A stretch of DNA of 64,000 nt from Paraspadella gotoi (lineage: Eukaryota > Animalia > Chaetognatha). The position numbers and the translations under genes are program-made. This document shows positions 1 to 12,484 of this stretch, one piece after another. The stretch's first letter is position 1, and each line of letters opens with the position of its first letter. Where the stretch lies: positions 4,506,329 to 4,570,328 of the forward strand of contig CM119267.1 of the NCBI GenBank assembly GCA_051294375.1. The letters are read 5' to 3'. Below the pieces are notes generated by a model. That model worked only from the letters and a program-made list of their open reading frames with translations. It did not search any database and had not been told where the DNA came from.

Positions 1-1194
1 CAGAACCAACATTGCTCTGTAATACTGATTATATTTTTACTTTGCGCTAATGTAGACTCGTAAAATGTTCCGTTTTTTTAAAAGAAATGTTTGTATATAT
101 ATATAATATATATATATCTATATATATATATATTAAAAAAAATATCTCTCCACATCGCTGTGTTTTCTTTCCGTCCCATAGTTTAGTCGATCCCTATCAC
201 CCCCCCTCTCTCTCGGCCCGATTTAGTCGATCCCTGGCCGTGCGCCGAGCATCTCGCTATAATCTTGATCTCTAGACATCGTGTGGGTGAGAAATAAACG
301 AAGATACTTCTGGTAATGGTAATAAAAGCGATAAAAATAAATGAGTGCGCGCCGAGTGTATCTATAGATTTAATGTTGCATAATAGGCTCCGTGGTTGAT
401 GTTGTGNNNNNNNNNNTCGGCCTCGCTTTTCTGACGTTAGCGACGTAACGCGTCGCCACGAGATTTTATGTCTCGAACGTCAAAGACCGCGGTTTTATTT
501 CGTGAGGCAGTTTTATATTTTCATTTCCGCTTTTCTTTTCTTTCTTTTAATGTTGCCTTACCTCGTTTTTCCTTACCTTCGCCTTCGGTCACGCGTCGTC
601 GTCTCTGGAGCTTTAAAACTTTTTCCTTTGTTTCTTTCTTTTTCAATTTACCTCGCTTGATTTTTTTTTCTCTCTGCGTTGATGCTTCCTTATTCGCTCT
701 CTCTCTCGTGGCATTGTTATTGACTCTGTATCTCTCTCTCTCTCTCTCTCGCGTCTGCTGCTCTCTCTCGTCCTTCTCTCTCTCTCTCTCTTCTCTCTCG
801 TAAATTTCTCTCTCCTCCACTCTGTCACTCTTTTTCTGCTCTCTCTCTCTGTGCGTGCAGTTGTTAGTTGACGTCGTGTATCTCTCTCTCTCGTCTCTGG
901 TCGTCTGCTCTCGTGCGGTCTCTTCTCTCTCGTCTGCTCGTCTCTCGTGACTCGTAGGTCCGTAGTCTATCTGCGGTGCTGCCTCTCTGCTCTGCTCGTC
1001 TCTCTCTCTCTCTCTCGTCTCTGTTCTCTCGTCGTCTGTCGTCGTCTCTGCTCTCTCTCTTGCGTTATGACTCCTCAGTTGCACGAGGCCACGGCACAGG
1101 CAGCACTTGCCCTTTATGCTTTCAGTTTCTGTCGTTTTCTTCCTCCGGTTCTTCATTCTTTCTGCTCTGCTCTCTCTGCACTTCTTCGACTGTT

Positions 1195-2410
1195 TTTTAT
1201 CGATGTCTGCTTATCAGGCAAGATCCCGACGTCTATAGATGCTCACTTTTTAATAATCACTTTTTCGGTCCGGTCGGGTCCGCCCCTGCAATAGTTGTCG
1301 GCAGGCGACGATTATATCAGGCATGTCAGACATCGTAATTATGGGACTAAATTATGGTCAAAAAAATGTATGTCCGTCCGTCCGTCTTGTCTTGCCGTGC
1401 CGGTGCCGTCGCGTGCCGTCCGTCCGTCGTCGTCGCGTCCGTGCCGTCCCACCTTTAAGAAAAAACACCGATGATTAGCTCGTGATTGGATGGATTGGAT
1501 TTAAATTGAAAGTTTTTGGTGTGGAGTAGGTAAGTGTGGTGATTGAGCGGGATAGTTAAGTTTCGATGAATCGTTGCCGAGTGGATAATGAGTCTTAATT
1601 GGAAGAAAACAAAAAAAATTATTACTTATTTGAACACCAATTGCTCGATGAGTGGCATGGGCTGATTGACCTGGAATTTTTGATTATGTGCTGGTTAGGA
1701 AAGTGTGTGACTTGAACAGCGAAATCAAGTTTTCGATGGAATAGTTTGAGTGAAATGAGTTTTTAAATGGAAAAAAACAAAAACCTGTTTACTAATTATT
1801 ATGCTTCGTTTTCCTTTTATATTAAGGATGTATCTTGCAGGATGTATTAATAAATCTAATATATTAATCAGTATTAATAATTTAGTAAATAAAATTAATC
1901 GAATAATTATATTAATTAGTCAGATCATATCCGTCCCATCGCCGTCCCATCTTAGCAAAAACTCCAATAAACTCGTTGGATTGGCTGCGTTGGATTGGAA
2001 TTAAATTTTGTTGTGTGAGGGAAAGTGTGTGATAAAGCTGGATTATTAAAATTTCGATGGAATCGTGTGAGTGGAAATTAGTTTTAAAATTGAAAAAAAC
2101 ATTAAGTTCGATTTACTAACAATCTTTTTACTTATTTTTAACTCAGATAAATACTCCAATTAATCATTAATTGGATGTATAGATTGGTTGGAATTTTGTG
2201 GGTGTTGTGGTTAGGAAAATCGTATGACGAAGCTGTTGATATAAAGTTTCAGGTGGAAAAACGTTACCAGTGGAAATGAGTTTAAGATGAAAAAAAATAT
2301 AGTTACATTTACTTGAATCTTTTTATTTATTTTTAAAACACTCATGATAGATTGCAGATGATATATTTTGTGAGCCGGTAGGAAGTGAGGTGAAAGAAGC
2401 TAGATATAAA
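1195..2410 (+). mobile_element. Helentron-associated (HINE/DINE-1-like) non-autonomous element, degenerate copy with internal partial duplication
   Basis: Matches 19351+ and 21541+ (gcagatcccgac..ctata; cggtccgcccctgcaat; GTCY microsatellite at ~1370-1450; ctcgtgattggatgg; aaacctgtt). Part of the body is repeated at ~1930-2410. No 3' end seen. Confidence 0.65.
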
Positions 2411-4101
2411 GTGTTTGACGCGATGCAGTTGGAAAAAAATTATTTGCAAGTTGAAAATATGCAAGTTAAAAAATCTTAAAAGCATAAGGATCGTCGCTAT
2501 TGCCATTCAAAGGTTTCCTGCGCTTACTAAACGTTGCGCATTTAGGAACAAAAAACGACTCTTTCCACTATTGTTTCAGTTGTTACTAGTTAAATGTTAA
2601 ATTACTTTGCTACCACTCAAGCACAAATTAGGCCAAACGAAGGATTGGTTTTAGAAACCATCTCCACTCGTTTCTAATGATAAAGAGTTTACCATTTTGG
2701 CAACTTTTAGGAAAGAGGACAGAAAGAGCGGTAGTGTCCATTTTTTGTCCATTTTTACTTACGAATGTCTGATTTGGAATGCCAAGGAAAGTTGTGAGAA
2801 AATTTTTTGCTTTGAAATGCCGTTCTTTTTGCTTATCTTTCTTTACCCTGGGTAAATTTATTAGCTTAAATCAGTTTATAGTTTGGCTATGAATTAATTT
2901 TAAAGTTGAAACAATGTCAAAAAGTTCAGTTTTCAGTCGTTTATCATAATTTGTTAAACAAAAGATAGGATCGAAGATTGTAAAGTTAACAGAAAATATA
3001 GTGCTATTGAATAAGCTTTGTAACACCTAGTAAAATTATGCAAAAAAACTTTTTTGGTTTAGCCACAAATAATGTTTTAAAAGACGTATTTTTTAATTTG
3101 GACTTTTTGTGACTTGCATTATTTTTGATAAAGAGGAATGATTTTCAACTCATTTATTAGTTGTAAAAGATGAGGTACATACTGACCTTGATTAATTAAA
3201 AAAAAACCGCATCCTTTTAACCCAATTGCGGAAAGGCGTGCGAACCCTGTGTTTTTTCTCAAGAGTGCGAGGCGGAGGATTTTGCGAGAAGATCTGTCGA
3301 TTGTGAGCGTGAAGGTTGCTATAGGCGAGCAAAATCTGAAAAAAAAGATCCATGCGGTTTACCGTTCATTTTCTTTCTGATAATGCATTTTAAAATTATT
3401 TATTTGATTGGCTCAATGTAAACGTTAGTGAGAGGATAGGAACAGGGAAAACAAGAAAAGGAGAAGGGAGGAATGAAAGAGAGGCGTTGAAGAGGCAAGA
3501 AGAGACGAGGAGGCANNNNNNNNNNNNNNNNNNNNNNNNNTCTCTCTCTCTCTCTCACTCTTCACTCTTTTTCTCTTTCCTCAAGTTTCACTGCTGTCAC
3601 TTTTACCGTTAGTTTCATAACACGCTCTCCGATTTTGTCCCTTTTGTTTCAATTTTCTTTTTGCCCTTTTCATTTTTCTAATTTTTTTTCATTCTTTTCA
3701 TTCAACTTCTTTTTAGTTGCGCCGCGAGTACTCGCAAAGCAACTCTATAAATCACTTTTTGGTCGGTCTGTCGGTCTGTCTGTCGGTATATTCCACTTAC
3801 ATTAAAAATGAATATAATTTGCTTAAAGTTAGTTGCTCATTTGTTAAGACAGAAAAAAACTCAAATCTAAGNNNNNNNNNNNNNNNNNNNNNNNNNNNNN
3901 NNNNNNNNNNNNNNNNNNNNNNNNNNNNNNNNNNNNNNNNNNNNNNNNNNNNNNNNNNNNNNNNNNNNNNNNNNNNNNNNNNNNNNNNNNNNNNNNNNNN
4001 NNNNNNNNNNNNNNNNNNNNNNNNNNNNNNNNNNNNNNNNNNNNNNNNNNNNNNNNNNNNNNNNNNNNNNNNNNNNNNNNNNNNNNNNNNNNNNNNNNNN
4101 N

Positions 4102-6564
4102 TGGAATCACCGTTCTAGTTCCCTTATCCGCCTGTTTTTTTTTAAGAAATTTCTTTATTTTGATCAACTGCCGTTTAATGACTTTCCGTATTTCTATGCG
4201 AGTGATTATGACTTTTTTACAATTGAGGTATATCACAAAAACCTCCATGTACCACGCCATGTACTCCCCGAGAATTAATAAACCGGACGTTGTCCTGTTT
4301 TGAAATTGGTACAACCAATATACAAAATATCCATCCATTTAGTCAATAAGCTATCTAATATTAATATATAATATATAATATATTATTATATACAATTTTA
4401 TATTGGTTGTACAAATTTCATGTGTCTCCCCTCGTTTCTCTGATCACCTCCCTGTCACAGTTTCACACCCGTTCCCCTTTTTTGCTTCACTTTCTTCTCC
4501 ATTCTTCATTCTTTCTTTATTTCCTACCCACCATTTTCCACTCGCCTCCCTTTTTCGTTTCACCACCGCCCCTTCCACCCACGCCCACGAGGGCATAATT
4601 CCACATGATCCTCGAATGTACGAAATAAATGATAATCTTTCCCGCGCGTCGTCGACTTTTGCGGCCCGAGATTTCTTCGCTCTCTCTTTCGCTCGCGCGA
4701 ACTAAAAAAAAANNNNNNNNNNNNNNNNNNNNNNNNNNNNNNNNNNNNNNNNNNNNNNNNNNNNNNNNNNNNNNNNNNNNNNNNNNNNNNNNNNNNNNNN
4801 NNNNNNNNNNNNNNNNNNNNNNNNNNNNNNNNNNNNNNNNNNNNNNNNNNNNNNNNNNNNNNNNNNNNNNNNNNNNNNNNNNNNNNNNNNNNNNNNNNNN
4901 NAGAGGCTGGGTATAGGGGATTTGATTTGATTCGGAGGGGAGTGTGGCTTAGAGCGTTCGAAGATAATAAAATATAAGATAATATATTCCATTCATAAGT
5001 ATTTTACTGTAATAAGAATTCGATGGTGATGACCATTTTTTTGTATAATTTCATCTTTCTTGTCGGAAATGACGATTTTTAATGTATATAAAATGCTAAT
5101 AAAATAGCGCAAACATTGTAAGTTATTAAAAGAACGAAAAAAAGAAAAAGAAAGAAAGAAAAAAAAAGAGAAATAAAGAAAGAGAGAAAGAAAGAAAAGA
5201 AAGAAAGAAAAGAAAGAGAGAAAAGAAAGAAAGAATAAAATGATCGGACCTTAGATGGCGCTCGACAACAGCGCCCACGCTCGGCGACGAGGTGGACTAA
5301 AAGCGACGAGACCAGATCGACTGATCTCGGTTGAGGTTGTTTATTTGATGACTCTCTCTCGCTCTCTGTCGGTCTAAGAGTCATCATCATNNNNNNNNNN
5401 NNNNNNNNNNNNNNNNNNNNNNNNNNNNNNNNNNNNNNNNNNNNNNNNNNNNNNNNNNNNNNNNNNNNNNNNNNNNNNNNNNNNNNNNNNNNNNNNNNNN
5501 NNNNNNNNNNNNNNNNNNNNNNNNNNNNNNNNNNNNNNNNNNNNNNNNNNNNNNNNNNNNNNNNNNNNNNNNNNNNNNNNNCGTTAATTCAAACAAAAAT
5601 AAATGTAACTTCTTTCCTCAAATCCATTCGACCTCTTATCTGACTCCATCAACATTAACATTAACATCAACATCNNNNNNNNNNNNNNNNNNNNNNNNNN
5701 NNNNNNNNNNNNNNNNNNNNNNNNNNNNNNNNNNNNNNNNNNNNNNNNNNNNNNNNNNNNNNNNNNNNNNNNNNNNNNNNNNNNNNNNNNNNNNNNNNNN
5801 NNNNNNNNNNNNNNNNNNNNNNNNNNNNNNNNNNNNNNNNNNNNNNNNNNNNNNNNNNNNNNNNNNNNNNNNNNNNNNNNNNNNNNNNNNNNNNNNNNNN
5901 NNNNNNNNNNNNNNNNNNNNNNNNNNNNNNNNNNNNNNNNNNNNNNNNNNNNNNNNNNNNNNNNNNNNNNNNNNNNNNNNNNNNNNNNNNNNNNNNNNNN
6001 NNNNNNNNNNNNNNNNNNNNNNNNNNNNNNNNNNNNNNNNNNNNNNNNNNNNNNNNNNNNNNNNNNNNNNNNNNNNNNNNNNNNNNNNNNNNNNNNNNNN
6101 NNNNNNNNNNNNNNNNNNNNNNNNNNNNNNNNNNNNNNNNNNNNNNNNNNNNNNNNNNNNNNNNNNNNNNNNNNNNNNNNNNNNNNNNNNNNNNNNNNNN
6201 NNNNNNNNNNNNNNNNNNNNNNNNNNNNNNNNNNNNNNNNNNNNNNNNNNNNNNNNNNNNNNNNNNNNNNNNNNNNNNNNNNNNNNNNNNNNNNNNNNNN
6301 NNNNNNNNNNNNNNNNNNNNNNNCTCCTCTCCCCCTCTTCGTCCCCCCCACCTCTTTTTCCGTTTCCGTGATCCATTTGTTTTTTCTTCTCTTCGTTTAT
6401 GGTTTTCGTTGTTTCACCTCCAACGTGACTCCTCTTCCGGTCGGCGTTGCATTAGGCGGCGTCACCGGGGCCGGGGCGTCGGCCCGGCCGCTCGTCCGGC
6501 CGCTCCTCCGGCCGCTTTTTCTCGGCCGGCCTCTCGGCGTCGCAAAAAATTCTTTAATCCTCAT
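4102..6564 (-). CDS. Tentative multi-exon gene of unknown function with an N-terminal AT-hook-like motif, broken by N gaps
   Basis: Candidate exons: 6564-6418 (MRIKEFFATPRGRPRKSGRR..TLE|GTGAAA); <5390-5250 (..CCRAPSK|GTCCGA); 4701-4589 (ttttttag|FARAKER..GIMP|GTGGGC); 4294->4102 (aaacag|..TTSGLLILGEYMAWYMEVFVIYLNC..). The last three have consistent phases (0, 2). No family recognised. Confidence 0.35.
4300..4421. repeat. Short fold-back element made of the dispersed ~55-bp motif (tgaaattggtacaaccaatata...)
   Basis: 4301-4328 is nearly the reverse complement of 4395-4421. The same motif recurs at 13138-13196, 14884-14940 and 15234-15290. Confidence 0.6.
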
Positions 6565-6652
6565 TTGATACCAAATCCGGAGAACCTTTCATTTCTTTTC
6601 ATTTGGTCCTTACTTAAGAGACGGGGAGAGAGAGAGAAAGAGAGAGAGAGAG

Positions 6653-6698
<46 letters not shown>

Positions 6699-7731
6699 TG
6701 TGTGAGAGAGCCCCGTGTGTGTTTATGGTTTCTTTCTCCGTTTTTCCTTCTTACTACGGAATCGGAAACGCTGCGGTGGCAGAGGAGGAGGAGGTGAGAA
6801 AAGGTGAGGAAAGAAGGCAAGAGGAAAGGACGTCAAGGGTCGGGCCTTGAAGATACTTGGCTCGTTTTAGATGGGATGTAATCGCAATGTGTAAAATTAT
6901 ATATTCTATGAGATGCAAAGAATAATAATATGTTTAAAAAGCAATGATTAAAAGTTAAAAAGTAAAAATCAAAGTAAACGAATCTCGTTGCAGCAGGTGT
7001 CGTTTCACATTAGGGTGGTTTTTTTTTTTAGAAAAAAAGAATTATGAAAAATAAACAAGATCGGTTCATCCAATGTGTTGCGCCGCAGTGACATGACATG
7101 GCTACAATAATTTTTTTTTTTTATAACACGCACTGCATCGGAATTCTGTCTTTTATTCTTTATAGTTTTAGAATTTCCTGAAGTACTCGCGGCCCAATTA
7201 AAATTTTGATAGCCGAAAAATCCAAATGAGAAGCGTTTTCCTCGTAAATCAATGTAAAACACTTGTTGTGTGATTGACGTTCAGATTAAAAGGATTTTTG
7301 AATTAAGTGGAAAACAATCACTCAAAATTTGATAAAAACTGAAATCGTGTATAAAAACGAAAAAATTGACATTTTCTGTTGCACATTTAAATAAAAAAAA
7401 GCGGAATCTCGGCTCGATTCCTTTCAGGTTGTTCGATTATTTTAATCTGATAATAATTTATCTATTTACTTCATTTATTTAATGCCAAATTTTTATAATA
7501 ATTTTGATAGTTTTTTTAATATTTTTTATTTAAAATTTATTCGTAAAGAAGGTGCGAATTATTTTTTAAAAAATATTCACTTTTGCTCATTATTTTTTTC
7601 ATCGCTCTTTCATTTAAATTTTAGTTTTTTTCTTTTGTTATTCTTTTCTCCCTCTGTTATTGTTGATGTGTATTATTAATACATAAGCCTCACAATTGAA
7701 ATGCTCCCTCTCTTTTCAGCAACGAAGCAAA

Positions 7732-8115
7732 ATGACGCCCAACGGAAAAAACCTCCTTGCGATTTTGTTGTTCGGTTTTGTAAGCGCAATCATGTGCTTA
7801 CCCGCATCGGACCGCTTTCCAACGGGTAAGTTAGATCTCACCTAGTTCTATTATTTAACAAAGGTTCTTTCAACAAAAAAATAGTAGTCTATTAAAACAC
7901 TCTCAGTGGCGCCCAAAAACGCCCAGTTTCCGGAGCTGGTCGACAGGCAGCACTGTATGAACGCCTGCATCGACGCCGAAATATCAGGCGACGAGCTGGA
8001 CGCCTGTCAGAGCGACTGCATCTGGCGTTGCGTGCATTTTTGCCGCGAGAATTATCCAGAGGGCGACAAGCGGGTTCCCAATTGCCAATACTATTGTTTG
8101 AGAGAGTGGCACTAG
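7732..8115 (+). CDS. Small secreted cysteine-rich peptide A, 100 aa, 2 exons (7732-7825, 7907-8115), 8 Cys as two CX3C-Xn-CX3C units
   Basis: ATG 7732 starts a signal-like MTPNGKNLLAILLFGFVSAIMC. Phase-1 intron GTAAGT..CTCAG. Exon 2 reads VAPKNAQFPELVDRQHCMNACIDAEISGDELDACQSDCIWRCVHFCRENYPEGDKRVPNCQYYCLREWH*. AATAAA at 8178. Confidence 0.85.
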
Positions 8116-8418
8116 CGAAGTGGGAAGCTTTAAGATTTTCAACTATTGTCCAAGAGTTTATTGTTTCGTTTTTTATGAATAAAAATAAAAAGATATTATG
8201 AATCTTTCGTATATTTATTTCCCTGAGATAAATTGATAATAATGAGATTATACTAGCCTTGACTGCAATATTAAATAGCTTTTCTTAAAAAGTAGATTAC
8301 TGCTTACTCTCCGGCAAATTTAAAATCACAAAACCTGTGGTTATGAAGCCACCGAAACGTCTGGCCCATTTTGACGTAATAATTACATAAAATGTGATAG
8401 TTAAGAATTATTTCCCAG

Positions 8419-8662
8419 AGTGCTCACCTTCACAGTTTACACAATCCCTGTACCAGCTCTCCCTGACAACATCAAGTTCCCGGAACTGCTGGAGCGGCAG
8501 CACTGCCTCAACGGCTGCATCGACGACGGCTTTGAGGGTGACGAGCTCTTTTCTTGTCAAGACGACTGCCTCTGGAGCTGCATGCGGGCCTGTTATAATA
8601 ACTATCCTCGCGGCGACAAAAGAGTTCCAAATTGTCAGTACGACTGTCTCTATCCGCTGTAG
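8419..8662 (+). CDS. Small cysteine-rich peptide B (paralogous terminal exon) with RGD in the second loop
   Basis: FPELLERQHCLNGCIDDGFEGDELFSCQDDCLWSCMRACYNNYPRGDKRVPNCQYDCLYPL* is 38/58 identical to the peptide A core with identical Cys spacing. Acceptors at 8418 and 8435. AATAAA at 8716. Confidence 0.8.
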
Positions 8663-9531
8663 GGTTAACTGAAAAACAGATTTTTTCTATTGTAAAAATA
8701 CTAATCAATAATTTGAATAAATTAATTCTGTCTTACAGTTATTTTATTTTTTTTTTGTATACCTCACCGTAACCGCAATTATGACTACTTTGACAATTGA
8801 CTAGTGGCCTAGCCGTTGACTTTTGTTCAATGTTTAGTCCTTTACGATTGCAAAAGATGTCTCTTTAGTGTATAAGCCGCAGAAAAAAAAGAAAAAAGAT
8901 CAATCGACCGGTTCATATTGAAGAAATAGAAAAAATGTTGAAAAAATCGGCAGGATCTTTAAGTTTTACATCGAAACTCACTTTACTCTAAGTATCTTTT
9001 TATTTCTAAAAAAAGATTGTTTATACAAATCCGTCTTCTACTTATAGTTGTTATTTCCCTCACAGTACCGCATTTTTAAATAATAGATGCTTTAGGGCGT
9101 CTTTTTTAAATAATATTTCTCAGTGCTAGAAATAAACACTTTGGACACTTAGCAAGCCGTTAGTTTCGCTTATAAATTTGACCTTTGAACAGTTTGTTTA
9201 TGGCGACACTTTTACCAAGAAGGTAAAAAAAATTCTAACAGGAAGCATTAAAAATTTTTTTTAAATCTTTTAAGAAATAATAAACAAATAGAAGCGACTG
9301 ATACGAGGAATTCGCAGCTCAATTTGTGTCGCACAAAAAAATAGCCAAAAAAAATAGAAATGTGTAATTTATTCCCTCTGACCTAAAAAGTTATTGAAAC
9401 ATTAAAAAAAAATATCACTCATTGATCTTTTTTTAGGTCATGGAAGCGCGAGTCTTGTTGTCGAAAGTTGTCATCATGATTTTGAATCTGAGCCTCAGAT
9501 GAGCAGAATTTATTCCCTATTCGATCACGAG

Positions 9532-10128
<597 letters not shown>

Positions 10129-10351
10129 CCCCAAAAAAATATTTAAATAAAGTTTTTTCAACTTTTTAACTTCTTTATATTTTAACAAAACGAAGGACCA
10201 GTATGCTTATAGTTCTTCGCTGGCCCATAAGAACGATTGACTTTTTAAAAATCAAAACGTAAAACCGTCATTCTTTTCTCTTTCGAACAATATTTTTAAT
10301 TAAAATTAATATAAATAAAAAATACAAACCAGAAATCTCTAAAACGACATC

Positions 10352-10642
10352 ATGAAACTACAGCTTTACATTTCGATTGGAATCATCGCGATGTTCATTT
10401 GTCTAACTTCGTCTCAATCAACGACGANNNNNNNNNNNNNNNNNNNNNNNNNNNNNNNNNNNNNNNNNNNNNNNNNNNNNNNNNNNNNNNNNNNNNNNNN
10501 NNNNNNNNNNNNNNNNNNNNNNNNNNNNNNNNNNNNNNNNNNNNNNNNNNNNNNNNNNNNNNNNNNNNNNNNNNNNNNNNNNNNNNNNNNNNNNNNNNNN
10601 NNNNNNNNNNNNNNNNNNNNNNNNNNNNNNNNNNNNTGATGG
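10352..10642 (+). CDS. Probable first exon of a secreted protein (signal peptide, Thr-rich start), mostly lost in an N gap
   Basis: MKLQLYISIGIIAMFICLTSSQSTT, then an N run, then a G|GTGAGT donor at ~10643. The signal resembles MNLKLQLSLFLLLCLLFLLSSGQT at 11597. Confidence 0.5.
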
Positions 10643-10951
10643 GTGAGTAAACGATGGATGACTCTTGCGTAAGAATTATCTTTCGATTATTGGAATCCAG
10701 TTCAAATTTTAGACGATTTATTCTATAAAATTATTATTTTTTATTCATATTTTAATTATTCTTTTATCAATTCGCGCGGATGAAGTCTTTCAAGTTTATT
10801 ACGAATGTTGAAAAAATTGTGAATATAAAGTTTCTATCAACGAATCATCCACAACTTGAAGTTTAAATAATCTTAACTTAACCCGAAATACCAGATTTAA
10901 ACGGAAAGAGAAAACTTTTCACTAATGACTCTTAAGTTTAATTAGCGTTAA

Positions 10952-12484
10952 TAGAAACGCGATGTCTTGCCGTAAAGTAAACAAAAACGATAATTAATTT
11001 TTAAATTTTTTTTTTAACAATAATTACTCTGGCGTCTCTAAATTAGGCCGAATATTTTTCCTGCTAAAAAAGAAGTCATGTTCATTCGTCATAAACGAGG
11101 GGAAAAAAATTAGCTAAATTCATTTGTTTTAATTAAAACTAAATTTTTTTTGCAAAGGAGGGTATTTTTGTGAAATGATGCGTCTTTGCATCGCTTTATA
11201 ATCCTTTTGTAATTAGACGAAAGACTCAAAGAGGCATTATGATAAAATGATATTAATCAGAATAAAATTATGCAGCCGGCTTCAATAAACAAGTATTTTT
11301 TTAAAACACAAAATAACCAACATTTACAGTTAATACCTGTATTTTACGAAGAGTAAGTGGACGCACGTAATCGCATCTAAACCTTTTTTTAAAAAAAATA
11401 AATACTTAAAATCTCCGAATTAGTCGATTCTTCCCATTCCCTAATTTTTAACCGTCGCCTCTTCATTCGCCGATAACTTTGTTTTTGTGTCAAATCCTCA
11501 TAAACGAAAAAAAGAGAAACAAAATAACAAAATAAAACTGAAACAATAACCATACAAAATAAACAATACCACCCAATTTAAAAAAAAAAAAGGGCAATGA
11601 ATCTGAAGCTGCAACTGAGCCTCTTCCTCCTCCTCTGCCTCCTCTTCCTCCTCAGCTCCGGTCAGACGAACCGTCGACGAAAGGTTTGGGGGTTAGAAAC
11701 GCGATGTCTTGCCGTAAAGTAAACAAAACGGAATTAATTTATTTAATTTTTTGTTTAACAATAATTACTCTGGCGTCTCTAAATTAAGGCCGAAGTATTT
11801 TCACCGGGTGCTAAAAAGAGAGTCATGTTCATTCGTTATCAAACGAGCGGGAAACAAAATTAAGCTATAATTGCATTTGTTAAATTAAACTAAATTTTTT
11901 TTGAAAGGAGGGTATTTTGTGAAATGATGGCGTCTTTGCATCGCTTTTCATTAATCCTTTATTGTAATTCACGAACCGACAAGCTCAAAGAAGCGCAATT
12001 ATGATAAAATGAGATATTCAGTAATAAAATATATGCAGCCGGCTTCAATAAACACGTATTTTTTTTAAAAACACAAACTAAATACCAACATTTACAGTTA
12101 TATAACCTGTATCTTTACGAAAGAGTAAGTGGAGCACCGTAATCGCATCTAAACCTTCTTTTTTAAAAAAAAATAAATACTTAAAATCTCCTGAAATAAG
12201 TCGTTTCTTCCATTCCCTTAATTTTAACCGTCGACACTTCTCATTCGCCGATAAGACTTTGTTTTTGTGTCAAAAATCCTCATAAACGAAAAAAAGACAA
12301 ACAAACATAGACAAAATAAACACTGAAACAATAACCATACAAATAAACAATAACCACCCCATTTAAAAAAAAAAAAAAAAGGGCAAGAATCGTGAAAGCT
12401 GCAACTGAGCCTCTTCCTCCTCCTATCTGCTCGCTCCTTCCTCCTCAGCTCCGGTCAGACGAACGTCCACGAAAAAGGTTTGGA
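10952..12484 (+). repeat. Tandem ~750-bp duplication (10952-11690 and 11694-12484), probably an assembly overlap
   Basis: Both copies start tagaaacgcgatgtcttgccgtaaag and end in the signal exon. The second copy differs by many 1-bp indels and has lost the ATG. Confidence 0.8.

Noticed and set aside
468-1338. ERER/LSLS-rich ORFs here and at 9.4-10.2, 17.1-17.5, 49.4-50 and 61.4-62.8 kb
   Set aside because: Translations of (GA)n/(CT)n microsatellites.
3844-6376. Long ORFs consisting mostly of X (also at 10.4, 30.3, 47.7-49.4 and 63.4 kb)
   Set aside because: Artefacts of translating N gaps.
10952-12484. Tandem gene duplication of the signal exon
   Set aside because: Differences are nearly all 1-bp indels typical of uncorrected reads, so most likely an assembly overlap.
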